A stretch of 64,000 nucleotides of DNA from an uncultured Acidobacteriaceae bacterium (GCA_964524045.1 CAZGBQ010000003.1:1488-65487); one strand, 5' to 3'. Counted from the stretch's first letter, positions 37,726-48,129 are shown. Notes: generated by a model from the letters alone, not told the origin. Numbers and translations are program-made.

Positions 37726-40700
37726 TCACCAAATCAGCTTGAGCGCAAACTGAATTTGCCGCGAAGGCGTCTCCGTCGACGTGATGAGCCCCGCATTGGC
37801 AATCGGCTGGCCGGTCTTATCGAAGAGATTTCGGTTATCCAGGGGCGGCACGAAATTCGTGTGGTTCAGAACGTTAAAGAACTCCGCGCGAAACTGCACA
37901 TTGAACGCGTCGGAAATGCGCTTCACATAATTGTTCTTGATCAGCGAAAAATCGAAATTCAACAGCCCGGGACCAATCAATGTGTTGCGCCCAAGATTTC
38001 CGCGAAGGGTGATCGGGCTCGGAACTGTGAAGCACTGTGTCCTGATATAGTGCGCGGGGTTGCCTGAGTTTACGAGCGACGCGCAACCTCCTCCACCCAG
38101 TACATTTGGCACGTCGATGTTTGCGTCCGTGCTCCTCGTGCCCAGGGTGTCGCCGGCGAACCCTGGCGTAAATGGCACTCCCGTGCTCGCCTCCAAAATC
38201 CCTCCTACCTGCCAACCGCCCAGAGCATGCTCGGCCAGTGCGGATTTCCAATTCGGTATGCCCAAGGTCCACATGTAGTTCACATTCAATTTCTGACTGA
38301 CGTTGAAATCCGCAAGGCCGCGATTCGTTCGTGTATCAAAGAACAGCGGGCTGGAGATGGAGTTCGAGTATTCGTCGCCAACAAGACTCCCTGACCCCGT
38401 ATCAATCGTCTTGCCCCACGTGTAGGACACTCCGAACTGCGAGCCCCGCCCAATTTTCATTTTGATTTGGGTCTGCAACGCGTCGTAGTAAGAGTCGGCC
38501 TCCCAAAAAGCTGCGGTTATCCGTCCGGCACTCTCATTCAAGCGCGTGCCGCTGCCTTGCGGCGATGGCCATAAGTATCCTGCGGGCGTGAGCGTCGGTA
38601 GCACAATGTCCGCGTCCTCGGTGCGGAAAGGCTGGTGCACTCCCCGCGAGCCGACATAGCTAACTCGCAAGTGGAGGTCCGTTGCCAGTTGCCTTTGAAC
38701 GGTCAGATTCCATTGCATGACATAGTCGCGCTTGGGATGTGTCTCGAAGAAGGCCTGCCTAAGTGAACTCGAGGAAGCTGCGGCTATCGCGAACGCTTGA
38801 CTCGGAAAGGTGCCTGCCGGAAGGTTGGTGGCATTCGCCGACCTATAAAACGGAGCGGAAAAAAGCTCGTTGAATTGGAAAAGATACGGAAGAGGCAAAA
38901 CATCAAAGATGCCGAATCCGCCGCTCACGGCGGTCTTGCCATTGCGAAATGGGTCCCAGGAAAAACCCAGGCGGGGCTCGAAATTTCGCAACGTGGGATT
39001 GGAGATCAACGGATCACCCAGGTGCGGTGTGCTGTCCGTGAGGTTCCTCAGCACCGTCAGCTTCCCTTGTACTTCGGTGGGAACGCTCGCTGCTTCATAG
39101 CGCAAGCCAAGGCTCGCGGTCAGGTTCGGCCGCAGTCGCCAGTCATCCTGAATATAAATTCCAAAGATCGTCTGCCGTATGCCGCGCTCCGAAATTGCGC
39201 TGGGGACCGTTGCCGCCAGCAAGAACGGCTTGTTTGTAAGAAAGTCAGAGAGCGAATTGAACGTGAACTCACCGGCTGGGTTGGAATCGCCCAGCATGTT
39301 GTCCCGGATGCGTTCGAGATTTCCTCCGAGCTTTATCGAGTGCTTACCTCTTATCGCGCTGATATCATCGGCCGCCTGGAGAGACATCCAGTGAAAACGA
39401 AAGTTGGAAAGCGCGCCCAGTCCCCCGGACAATTTCGTGAGCCCGGGCACAATGAGGATGGCGGCATTTTGCCCTGGCACCGCCGCTAAACTCTTGTCTT
39501 CCGCCAGGGGATTTCCTATCGCAAAGGTCAAGCCCGTCCTCGCTACCACGCGGTTTACTCCCAGACGCGCTGCATTGACGAAACCTGGGCCGAACCTGTG
39601 TGTTTCGCTTGCGGTAAAGAAATGGCGTCGCGAATCATATCCAGTGCGTTTGACGTTAAGCTCATCGGGCTGACGCACGATCCCGCTGTCGAACATGTAC
39701 GTTCCGGAGAGAGAGTCATGCTCTGAGGACTTCTGGTCCAGCTTTGCTGTGAAATAATTCTCCGGAGTCACCCGCTGCCCCGCGAACGTAAACACACCGG
39801 TGTCGCCATTGCCAAGAATGGTTCCATTGGGCAACGGATAGAGTCCGAGGTATGCCTTTGCGGCCAGGTCAATGCCATTGGCGTCCGTGTTTGACCCAGC
39901 CGGGAGTTGTGTCGGGCTGCAAGGGTTCGGTGGCCCTTGTGGAATCGAGCACAGCAATCCGGCGCGAGCCGCCGGAGAAGGAACTGTGTCCACCTGGGTG
40001 ATTCCTTGCGACTGCCGCAGACCTTCGTAGTCTCCAAAAATGAACGTCGTGTCTTTGCGGATCGGTCCGCCCGCCGATGTTCCGAATTGATTGCGCCAGA
40101 AGGGCGGTTTTTGCGTGTCGAAGAAGTTGCGTGCATCGAAAACGCTGTTTCGCAGGAATTCGAACACATCCCCGTGAAAGCTGTTGGTGCCTGTGCGCGT
40201 CGAAGCCCCGATAATTCCACCGGACGATCGGCCATCCTGTGCAGGATAGTTGCTCGTTAACACCGAGAATTGTTCGACAGAGTCGATCCCGAGGTTGACT
40301 CCCAGCGCGCTGCCCGGTGAGCCGTTGGCGTAATCGTTCACGCTGATTGCGTCCAGCCGGGAATCATTCTGCCGTGGCCGGCCTCCCGAAATTGTCATTT
40401 GTGCTCCGAAGCCGTACTGGCCCTGCCCAGTAGCTTGCGTACGCGCTGACGATACGCCGGCTTCCAGGGCCGCCAGGTCTGATGCCGACCGCCCATTCAG
40501 AGGAATGTCTCTGGCGCTCTGCGAACTCATGGTGTTCGTGATTGTCGCCGAACCTGCTTCAGCAACGCTGGCTTTCCCAGCGGCAACCAACACTACGCCC
40601 CACGCTTTGTCTGTACCGGCGGAAATGGCAATGGTAGCTCGCGCTGTTGCGAACCCTGGCGCGGAAACAATCACTTCGTAAGTTCCTGCCTGAAGTCCTT

Positions 40701-40956
40701 CTGCGCGGTAAGAGCCCTCTAAATTTGTTGTGACTGACACACTGATGCCAGTCTCGCTGTTTTTCAGGGTGACCTGCACCCTGGCTATGCCCGCGCCCGA
40801 TTCTGACTTAACCGTGCCTGACAAGGTCCCGACGTTGACCTGTGCACGACAAGTTGGGGAGAGCCCCATCACAAGGGTGGCAACCAAACATGGTAGAGTC
40901 TTCCACTTCATGGAATACCGAAGAAATCGGTTGACCCCAATAGCGTTTGCGGACAT
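37726..40956 (-). CDS. TonB-dependent receptor (Oar-like)
   Basis: DIPLNGRS; FDARNFF; QDDWR; ends IQFALKLIW; paralog of 29462-32800. Confidence 0.92.
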   Translation of the reverse strand: MSANAIGVNRFLRYSMKWKTLPCLVATLVMGLSPTCRAQVNVGTLSGTVKSESGAGIARVQVTLKNSETGISVSVTTNLEGSYRAEGLQAGTYEVIVSAPGFATARATIAISAGTDKAWGVVLVAAGKASVAEAGSATITNTMSSQSARDIPLNGRSASDLAALEAGVSSARTQATGQGQYGFGAQMTISGGRPRQNDSRLDAISVNDYANGSPGSALGVNLGIDSVEQFSVLTSNYPAQDGRSSGGIIGASTRTGTNSFHGDVFEFLRNSVFDARNFFDTQKPPFWRNQFGTSAGGPIRKDTTFIFGDYEGLRQSQGITQVDTVPSPAARAGLLCSIPQGPPNPCSPTQLPAGSNTDANGIDLAAKAYLGLYPLPNGTILGNGDTGVFTFAGQRVTPENYFTAKLDQKSSEHDSLSGTYMFDSGIVRQPDELNVKRTGYDSRRHFFTASETHRFGPGFVNAARLGVNRVVARTGLTFAIGNPLAEDKSLAAVPGQNAAILIVPGLTKLSGGLGALSNFRFHWMSLQAADDISAIRGKHSIKLGGNLERIRDNMLGDSNPAGEFTFNSLSDFLTNKPFLLAATVPSAISERGIRQTIFGIYIQDDWRLRPNLTASLGLRYEAASVPTEVQGKLTVLRNLTDSTPHLGDPLISNPTLRNFEPRLGFSWDPFRNGKTAVSGGFGIFDVLPLPYLFQFNELFSAPFYRSANATNLPAGTFPSQAFAIAAASSSSLRQAFFETHPKRDYVMQWNLTVQRQLATDLHLRVSYVGSRGVHQPFRTEDADIVLPTLTPAGYLWPSPQGSGTRLNESAGRITAAFWEADSYYDALQTQIKMKIGRGSQFGVSYTWGKTIDTGSGSLVGDEYSNSISSPLFFDTRTNRGLADFNVSQKLNVNYMWTLGIPNWKSALAEHALGGWQVGGILEASTGVPFTPGFAGDTLGTRSTDANIDVPNVLGGGGCASLVNSGNPAHYIRTQCFTVPSPITLRGNLGRNTLIGPGLLNFDFSLIKNNYVKRISDAFNVQFRAEFFNVLNHTNFVPPLDNRNLFDKTGQPIANAGLITSTETPSRQIQFALKLIW

Positions 40957-41035
40957 CTAAACTCGTCAAGCAACATCAGCCACAGCAATTGTTTCCTGCC
41001 CCTGCCATCATGGGTGAATAACGCTCATTGCTCCA

Positions 41036-42529
41036 TCAGGTCCGCTGAAGGAGCGGCCGCAGCTCTCGAACGTCCTTCACGCCCTCCAGTCCCAGGATTC
41101 GCTCGATCAGCTTCGAGCACTTTACGGCGCCTAAGACGGATGTCATTAAGTCCCGGGCCTTTGCGACTACTTCCTCCCGGCTCATCGGATTCTCGGGAGT
41201 CCCCCGGACGTGCTCGGCGCGCTCGCTGAGCTGCCTGCCATCGCTGAGCGTAACCTCCACGACAGCCACGCGAATCGGTATCAGCTTCTCAAGCTCATCG
41301 TCCGGAACAAGTTGCACCTTTGACCTCGTGCGGAGCACCGCAGGGTCCTGCATGCGCGCTTTGTCGTGGGCTGCGCGAAAGCTCACCGTTTTGTCGAGAA
41401 GCATTACCGCAATCATGTGTTGCAGGCAAATGTCCGGCATTTCGCGGTTGTTCACCGTGAAGGCTGCACTGGTCGCGGCCCTCACAACCACTTTTTGCAC
41501 TTGTTCTGCCTCAAACGGGTGGCGTTTCTGCAGGATTTCCAGCGCGTCCAGTGGCGACTGAATGGGCCCGCCCGTCGTCCACTTCTTCAGCGTCGTAAAC
41601 GTGACCTCATATCGCTCACCGAGTTGATCCGTGAGCCCACCTGCATCGCCCTTGGGCGCATACGACTGCACGAAGTTTCCAGCACCGGAAAGGATATCAT
41701 TCACGCCAGTCCACCCAGCGCTCACCAGAAGTGCCGCTGTCGCGCCATTGCGCGCGCCCATCGCGCCAAACAAAAAGGCCTTCTCTATGTGCTCGGTGTC
41801 GCGTCTCCACGCGCCAACCCCTGCGCCAGCCTGCTGTGCAGCGTAATCGAGCAGCCAGCGCATTTGCTGCACGGTTAGACTGGCTGCGCAGCCGCTGGCC
41901 GCTGCCGCACCCATTGTGCCGATTAGGTTGTGTGTCTCCTTCAGCGCGCTACCATTACCTGCAACAGTCTTCATCGAGCGCATCGCCAAATCGTAGCCCA
42001 GTGTCACTGCACGCAGAAAGTGTGTGCCGCTAATCCCGAACTGTTCTCCCACCGCCAACGCCGCTGGCACTACCGCGCACCCCGGGTGCGCTCCGCCGCC
42101 GCTGTAGTCATCGTCGCTCTCGTCCGCATGCCCGAGTTCCCCATTTAGGAACGCCGCATCAATCGGCGCGCAGAGCACATCGCATCCAATAACCGTGGCA
42201 ATTTTCGGGCCACCGTACTGCCGCGCAAACTGGATTGCTTTCTTCCCCGGAGGTAATTCAGAACCGGAAATCATCGCGGCAAATGTGTCGAGAATGTGGT
42301 GCTTGGCCTCTGTAATTACATTGTTCGGCAACTCGCGGTTCCGCGCTTCGCCCATGTACCTGCTGAGCGTCTCCATTGCCGGGCTTACCTCTTGCGCCTC
42401 AAGCAACAGCGCCCCGATCGGAAGGGCCTCGGCAGCCAAGATAAGTCCCGCCCGCTCTAGCAGGTCGCGCCTACTCAGCAAAAGGCGGCCATTTTCTGCA
42501 ATCACACCCGCGCCTTTTTGATGTTTCAT
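41036..42529 (-). CDS. MmgE/PrpD family protein with Tat-type leader
   Basis: SRRDLL plus hydrophobic stretch and AQ; HADESDD..AHPG; RGTPENPM. Confidence 0.88.
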   Translation of the reverse strand: MKHQKGAGVIAENGRLLLSRRDLLERAGLILAAEALPIGALLLEAQEVSPAMETLSRYMGEARNRELPNNVITEAKHHILDTFAAMISGSELPPGKKAIQFARQYGGPKIATVIGCDVLCAPIDAAFLNGELGHADESDDDYSGGGAHPGCAVVPAALAVGEQFGISGTHFLRAVTLGYDLAMRSMKTVAGNGSALKETHNLIGTMGAAAASGCAASLTVQQMRWLLDYAAQQAGAGVGAWRRDTEHIEKAFLFGAMGARNGATAALLVSAGWTGVNDILSGAGNFVQSYAPKGDAGGLTDQLGERYEVTFTTLKKWTTGGPIQSPLDALEILQKRHPFEAEQVQKVVVRAATSAAFTVNNREMPDICLQHMIAVMLLDKTVSFRAAHDKARMQDPAVLRTRSKVQLVPDDELEKLIPIRVAVVEVTLSDGRQLSERAEHVRGTPENPMSREEVVAKARDLMTSVLGAVKCSKLIERILGLEGVKDVRELRPLLQRT

Positions 42530-42647
42530 TAATCCGCTCCCCAGTGACGTTTGGCACCCCGCTTGTTTTTACCAGGGTCGACACTCATCCGGTGGGTACG
42601 CTTTTCGGCCGTACGGCACGCCAGCTTTGCAACCAACTGGCACGAAA

Positions 42648-42696
42648 GAGCATAAATGAAGCGCCAGACCGCGAACTTAAAGGAATCTTAATTTCT
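42648..42696 (-). promoter_or_regulatory. direct-repeat activator box plus -10 element (copy 4)
   Basis: Minus strand AGAAATTAA-GATTCCT-TTAAGTTCGC, then TATGCTC starting 42654. Confidence 0.7.
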
Positions 42697-42875
42697 ATTT
42701 ACCTGATGGATTGCCCGAGCGCGATGTGCGACTGAAAACAAGAGCCTTACACTCGTCGTGCCAGTTTATTCGTTCTCTCGAGGCAGAGAATTTATTGACT
42801 CTGCGGCTAAACTAGCGTAGCACTCCCACTGTCTTTATGCGTCAAGAACCCCACTTGCTTCGAGGAGCTTTCAGA

Positions 42876-43985
42876 ATGAAAAAGTACCCGGCGGTCTTCT
42901 GTTTTCTTTGCATGACGCTCGCTTGCGCTGCGCAGGCTCAGAACCGTCCACCTATGAAACTGATCCAGACCATTTCACTGCCCGACGTCGAAGGCTACTT
43001 CGATCACATTGCCGTGGACGTCAAAGGCCAGCGGCTGTTTGTCCCAGGAGAGCATCAACGCACGATAGAGGTAGTGGACTTGCGCACCGGAAAGCGCATT
43101 CACACGATCACCGGTTTCGGCGGCGACCCGCGTAAGACCATTTACATTCCTGAATCGAACGAAATCTGGGTGGACGACGGCGACGCCTCCTGCAAAGCAT
43201 TTAGTGGTGAAAATTTTCAGCTCGTCAAGAACATTCCCTTGTCCGGCCATGAGCTTGACGCGGATTCCCACCGGGTGCCTGACAACGGAGCGTACGATGC
43301 TGTGAAACACCTCTTTTATCTCGGCGACCGCGCCGACGGTCTCAAGAAAGAAGGCATCAAGGGCTCCATCGAAATCGTTGACATTAAGAATGGAAAATAC
43401 GTGGGAAGTATCGAGGTGGATGGGTTGAACCCTGCTGGGCTCGCACTTGACCCTGCATCGCCACGCATGTTTGTAGTGATGGGCGACACCAGCCAGGTTC
43501 AAGTCATAGATCGCGACAAGCGCGCCGTGGTGGCTACATGGCCAATCACCGGCGGACCGGAACCTCACGCTGTGGCGTTCGACCAGTCGCATCATCGCTT
43601 GCTCATCGGGAGCCGCGTGAAGCGGGGGCATCTGTACAAACCTGGGAAAATGGTGGTTATGGATTCCGACACCGGCAGAGTAATCGATGGGATCGATACC
43701 GAAGGCGGGGTGGATGAGATCGAATACGACCCAGTGAGCAAGCGCGTGTATTACACCGGTACCACTGGCTTTGTGGAAGTGTTCAGGCAGATTGATGGGG
43801 ATCACTACAAGAGCCTCGGTTTGGTGGCAACAGGACCGATTGCGAAAACCTCGCTGCTTGTTCCACAGCTGAAGCGATTTTACGCCGCTGTGCCCAAACA
43901 CATCATCCTAGTGCCTCCTGTCCCTCAGTCAAAGGAGGCAACTATCGTAGATGCTAAAATCATGGTCTATGAAGTAATGCCCTGA
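42876..43985 (+). CDS. secreted YncE-family beta-propeller
   Basis: SD GAGGAG; signal peptide AQAQ; GYFDHI; AKTSLLVPQL. Confidence 0.85.
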   Translation: MKKYPAVFCFLCMTLACAAQAQNRPPMKLIQTISLPDVEGYFDHIAVDVKGQRLFVPGEHQRTIEVVDLRTGKRIHTITGFGGDPRKTIYIPESNEIWVDDGDASCKAFSGENFQLVKNIPLSGHELDADSHRVPDNGAYDAVKHLFYLGDRADGLKKEGIKGSIEIVDIKNGKYVGSIEVDGLNPAGLALDPASPRMFVVMGDTSQVQVIDRDKRAVVATWPITGGPEPHAVAFDQSHHRLLIGSRVKRGHLYKPGKMVVMDSDTGRVIDGIDTEGGVDEIEYDPVSKRVYYTGTTGFVEVFRQIDGDHYKSLGLVATGPIAKTSLLVPQLKRFYAAVPKHIILVPPVPQSKEATIVDAKIMVYEVMP

Positions 43986-44106
43986 GCGGCTCCACTTCAA
44001 GAGGTGAACTGACACAAAAAATGGGGATGAAAGAGTTGGGAAGAAGTTGGGAACTATAACCGCCTAAAACTCATCAGTTATTGTGGCCTTGGCTTAGGAA
44101 GTCGGT

Positions 44107-45303
44107 ATGCACACGCACTCGGGCTCATGTCATTCGCGGCGCGATTTTTTGATGCGCGCATTCGCAGGCGTTTTGGCGGGGAAGGAAATTCTGCGAGTTG
44201 CAGACTATCCTGGCGCTCGGGAACAAGCGCTGCCTTCTGTACCGCCGCCAGAGCAGTTTGAAATTCAAAAGGTTGCTACCGACGTGTATTTTGCGCGGGC
44301 CCATCCCTGGGCGTTGCCTAACTCCAATTCCGCCATTTTTGTGAACTCGTCCGATGTGCTGGTTGTGGACGCCCAATCCCACCCCGTTGCAGCCGCCTCG
44401 CTGATCGCGCAAATAAAAAAAGAGGTTACGCCCAAGCCGGTGCGGCGCTTGGTAAACACGCACTTTCATTGGGATCACACGCAGGGGAATCGCGCCTATG
44501 TGTCCACAGTCAACGAGGTGGGCATAGTGGCTAGCGATACTACTAAGCAACTTATGTCTCAATTATTGGTGCCTCGCCTCAGGGCCGCGCTCGATCCAGA
44601 GAGTCCCGGGCCTCGCGGATCGCAACAAGTAGCACGGCAGCTGGAAGACTTGCGCAGGCGTTTGGCCAAAGCGACTTCGGAAGCCGAGAAGAGGCCACTC
44701 TCGGAGCGTATCGCACAGTTGGAGTCGTTTGCGAACGAGATGAAGGCTTTTGCACCCACGCTGCCAACGATAACGTTCGAGAAATCTTATTTGATCCGGG
44801 AGAAGGACTGTGACCTGCGACTCGAATTTCACGGGTACGGGCATACCGCTGGTGACATTGTGGTCTTCTGCCCTCAAAAGCGCGTAATCGTGACAGGCGA
44901 TGCGTATCATCCCGGTTTCCCTGGATTCATCGATTCCTACCCTCAACTCTGGCCCAAGGCTATCGACTCAATGGCAAGTCTGCCATTCGACCACATTTTG
45001 CCGGGCCACGGCGACTTGCAACACGACCGGCGAGATCTAACCGGCAGACGCGACTACATCGAGGAATTGACCGAGCGAGTGCTGGCGGGAAAGAAAGCCG
45101 GTCAATCGGTTGCCGACTTGCAACAAACCATCACGCTAGCGTCGTTGAAGTCACTGCAGTCCGGGGCGTTTGTGCCTGCCTCGACACGAGAAGCCATCGA
45201 GCGCGGCGTTAGGGACAACATCGATAACATTTACGACCGGGTCGAAAAGGTCCCTTTCACCGGGACCGAGCCGGTGCGCTTACGTCCATTCGCTAACGAA
45301 TAG
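44107..45303 (+). CDS. MBL-fold metallohydrolase with Tat-type leader
   Basis: SRRDFL; NTHFHWDH; GHTAGD; TGD; PGHG. Confidence 0.88.
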   Translation: MHTHSGSCHSRRDFLMRAFAGVLAGKEILRVADYPGAREQALPSVPPPEQFEIQKVATDVYFARAHPWALPNSNSAIFVNSSDVLVVDAQSHPVAAASLIAQIKKEVTPKPVRRLVNTHFHWDHTQGNRAYVSTVNEVGIVASDTTKQLMSQLLVPRLRAALDPESPGPRGSQQVARQLEDLRRRLAKATSEAEKRPLSERIAQLESFANEMKAFAPTLPTITFEKSYLIREKDCDLRLEFHGYGHTAGDIVVFCPQKRVIVTGDAYHPGFPGFIDSYPQLWPKAIDSMASLPFDHILPGHGDLQHDRRDLTGRRDYIEELTERVLAGKKAGQSVADLQQTITLASLKSLQSGAFVPASTREAIERGVRDNIDNIYDRVEKVPFTGTEPVRLRPFANE

Positions 45304-45467
45304 CAGAACGCTTGGTTGGATCGCACCGACCAACGTGGCACCATCAGGACTCATGGTCTGGCTTGCCCCCTGCGGGCCTAAGGTCTTCTACAAAGGCCAG
45401 GTTGAAGTGGAGCTCTGGCCAATGCGTTGTGATTGTGACAGGACGACTAGATTCTGAAGGGTTCGAA

Positions 45468-46751
45468 ATGGAGCGCCGCGCCTTCATCTTTGCTGGATTC
45501 GCAGCAGCCATGAATGTTGCGATGGGCAGCCGTGGGGAACCTGCTCAACTCGAAACACTCACTCAGTGGTTAGCTGCCTCCCGCAAGACTCGACAGGCCG
45601 CTTTACGGGCATGTTTGGACCGCGTTCACACAATTGACCCCTCCATCCACGCCTGGGTCCAGGTGCAGCCGCAGCGACCAATCGGAGACGGCAGGCTTGC
45701 CGAGATCCCCTTTGGCGCAAAAGACATCATGGAGACCCGAGGCTTATCGACTGAATACGGCTCGCCAATTTACAAAGGACGAATCGGCACCTCAGATGCC
45801 GCAATTGTTCGTGATCTGCGGCAACGAGGGGCGATCCTTTTGGGAAAGACGCAGTGTACCGCTTTTGCTTATCGCACGCCCGCACCGACGCGCAACCCAC
45901 GTAATTTGGAGCACACGCCGGGCGGCAGCTCGAGCGGGTCCGCCGCTGCGGTTGCAGCCGGGATGGTGCCATTCTCCCTGGGAACTCAGACCAGGGGATC
46001 GGTATTGCGCCCTGCTTCCTTTTGTGGTGTGACCGGATTCAAGCCCACCTATGGTCTATTCTCCTTGGAAGGGGTTCTACCGCTCGCAAAGAGCTTGGAC
46101 ACTCTTGGATTTTTCACCCATACACCAGCTGACATGCTCGCGCTCTGGGAAGCGTTGGGACATTCTGCAGCGCGCGCAGAGGATTTTGCGCTGGGAGCCC
46201 CCGAGCCCATGCCTCAGGTCGAGCCGGCAATGGCAGCAGCGTTTCCGAATGCACTCGCGGCGTTGCGAAAGGCTGGTGTGTCGATCCGACCTGTCGCTAT
46301 CTCAGAAACGCTGGACAAACTGAATGGTGCTACGAGTACCGTTGAGGAATATGAAGGAGCCCGGTTCCACGAGCAACGTTTCAAGGAATACGGCTCGCGG
46401 CTAGCGGAACTTGCGGACCTTATCCAAAGAGGACTCCAGATCTCTGTCGAACGATATGACGCGGCCAAGCGGTACATTGCAGAATGCAAGACCCGAATGG
46501 CGGAGATGTACAAGACCACCCCAGTGATTCTGGTGCCCGCCGCCACTGGCCCGGCCCCGCTCGGCCTAGCATCCACCGGAGATCCAAGAATGAATGCACC
46601 ATGGACAGCCTTGGGGACGCCCGCAATCTCTGTACCCATGCCGATTAGCGGTTTGCCTTTAGGGTTGCAACTCACAGCGGAGCCCGGTCAGGATGCGCGG
46701 CTCCTTCGTGCTGCCGCGCGTTTGCAGGGCCTCCTCAGCCAAGGCTACTAA
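45468..46751 (+). CDS. amidase-signature family amidase with Tat-like leader
   Basis: MERRAFI; GAKD; GGSSSGSAAAVA; GTQTRGSVLRPASFCG. Confidence 0.9.
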   Translation: MERRAFIFAGFAAAMNVAMGSRGEPAQLETLTQWLAASRKTRQAALRACLDRVHTIDPSIHAWVQVQPQRPIGDGRLAEIPFGAKDIMETRGLSTEYGSPIYKGRIGTSDAAIVRDLRQRGAILLGKTQCTAFAYRTPAPTRNPRNLEHTPGGSSSGSAAAVAAGMVPFSLGTQTRGSVLRPASFCGVTGFKPTYGLFSLEGVLPLAKSLDTLGFFTHTPADMLALWEALGHSAARAEDFALGAPEPMPQVEPAMAAAFPNALAALRKAGVSIRPVAISETLDKLNGATSTVEEYEGARFHEQRFKEYGSRLAELADLIQRGLQISVERYDAAKRYIAECKTRMAEMYKTTPVILVPAATGPAPLGLASTGDPRMNAPWTALGTPAISVPMPISGLPLGLQLTAEPGQDARLLRAAARLQGLLSQGY

Positions 46752-46869
46752 TCATCGCCCGTCAAAGCCCGACCATCATCTTGATTGTGCATGGGTGGCC
46801 GGCAACCCTTCCTTTATCCGATTACGGAAGGATTGCCCATCACTCGCGCCGAGCCGCCCGGGTTTGCCG

Positions 46870-47168
46870 ACAATTATTTGTTTGCAGGTTCCGACGCTAG
46901 GGGCGAACGCGCAGCGGCGACCTACGGCCTCATCGGGACAGCAACACTCAACGGCCTAAACCGTGAAGCGTACTTGCGCGAGGTACTCTCGCGCGTTGCC
47001 GATCACCCCATCAACCGTATCGAAGAACATTAGCCTTGGAACCTCGCGGTAGAACTAGCTGGAAATTCACGCCACGCAGCATAGACAACCACAGGCGTAA
47101 AAACGTCCTGTGGTGTACCATCCGACCTGTCCAACAAGAGAACAGTCAAGACGGCGCGTGGTGATTAC
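46870..47168 (+). mobile_element. IS66-family transposase C-terminal remnant with possible right end
   Basis: NYLFAGSDARGERAA..LIGTATLNGLNREAYL..DHPINRIEEH*PWNL with in-frame stop; ends ...TTAC at 47168. Confidence 0.78.
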
Positions 47169-47286
47169 CGAGATTCTACCCGCGGTATCCAAGCAGGGGA
47201 GAAATCGCGCAACGCCGAGCGCAATCGCCGCACACGAACAGGAAACGCATTGCCTTGCTCAGTACGAAATACTCGAATCGAAGGAG

Positions 47287-47790
47287 CTATTCATACCGCC
47301 ATCGATCATTGCCCTGCACAAGTGCACGCAGATGATTGATCTCGCCGGCGTGGTAAACATCATGGACAATCATTATGCTGATGATCTTTCGAGTCGGCAG
47401 ACGTTGTCCCCAAACTGTTAGGCGCTCACGCTCCAATTCAACGTCATCGCCCAGGCTGCGAACGGAATCCAGCCAGCGACGATGACCCTCACGCAGCCAC
47501 ACAAGCAGTTCATCACGAGGCCGTGAGCGTGCGCCCGCGGAGGGCACAAGAGGCGGCTGGTCACCGCGAAGAGTGCCGGAGCCAAACGCATAGTCTTGGT
47601 ACATCCATTTGGCCCAGCCAACGTGCTCTAGAATGTCAGCGATGCTTCGCCCTCCGCCCTGAGGCAGGCTGGTCCAGTCTTCATCCCTTAATCTGCGCAG
47701 ATTCGCAAGGAGCGAATGATGGGGATCACCGTCAAACGCATCCTCGATCAAAATGCTCAAAAGTTGCAATCGCAGAGCGGACGCGTTCAT
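47287..47790 (-). CDS. DinB family protein
   Basis: RSIADILEHV; HDVYHAGEINHL. Confidence 0.85.
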   Translation of the reverse strand: MNASALRLQLLSILIEDAFDGDPHHSLLANLRRLRDEDWTSLPQGGGRSIADILEHVGWAKWMYQDYAFGSGTLRGDQPPLVPSAGARSRPRDELLVWLREGHRRWLDSVRSLGDDVELERERLTVWGQRLPTRKIISIMIVHDVYHAGEINHLRALVQGNDRWRYE

Positions 47791-48129
47791 GCATGTTTCA
47801 CTATTCGGCTCGTAGGTCCTAGTCACATGCGGATAGAGGGTTGGCCGGACGAGCAAAAACATTAGCTATGCCAACCTGACAAACCTCAATTACACGCAGA
47901 CTGCTGATTTCCACAGTTGGCACAGGGAGTTTCTCCCTTGGCGCATCCTAACACAGCCGCCGCCTAGTTCCTGCCGCATCGTCGGCAATCCAGAAGTAAT
48001 GGCGCGAACAGGCTCTGTCTGGATTACCTCCGAGGTGCCCGTCGTCCGCTACCCAGAGATCGTCCGGCGACGACCGCTCCCTCCCCAATGTCTACAATAT
48101 CTCCGGCTTCCATTCGTCTACAGAAGTGG

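Noticed and set aside
42552-42652. Sigma54-like TGGCAC motifs
   Set aside because: GG to GC spacing is wrong or the -12 GC is missing
42975-43901. Long antisense or alternate-frame ORFs (also 2059-3096, 55392-56273, 56806-57492, 60232-61086)
   Set aside because: Shadows of well-supported genes in GC-rich DNA with no recognisable motifs
44034-44053. AGTTGGGAA direct repeat upstream of the MBL gene
   Set aside because: Single occurrence; cannot be distinguished from chance
47031-47033. In-frame TAG as pyrrolysine or recoding
   Set aside because: Lies in a truncated IS66 relic; simple decay is more likely
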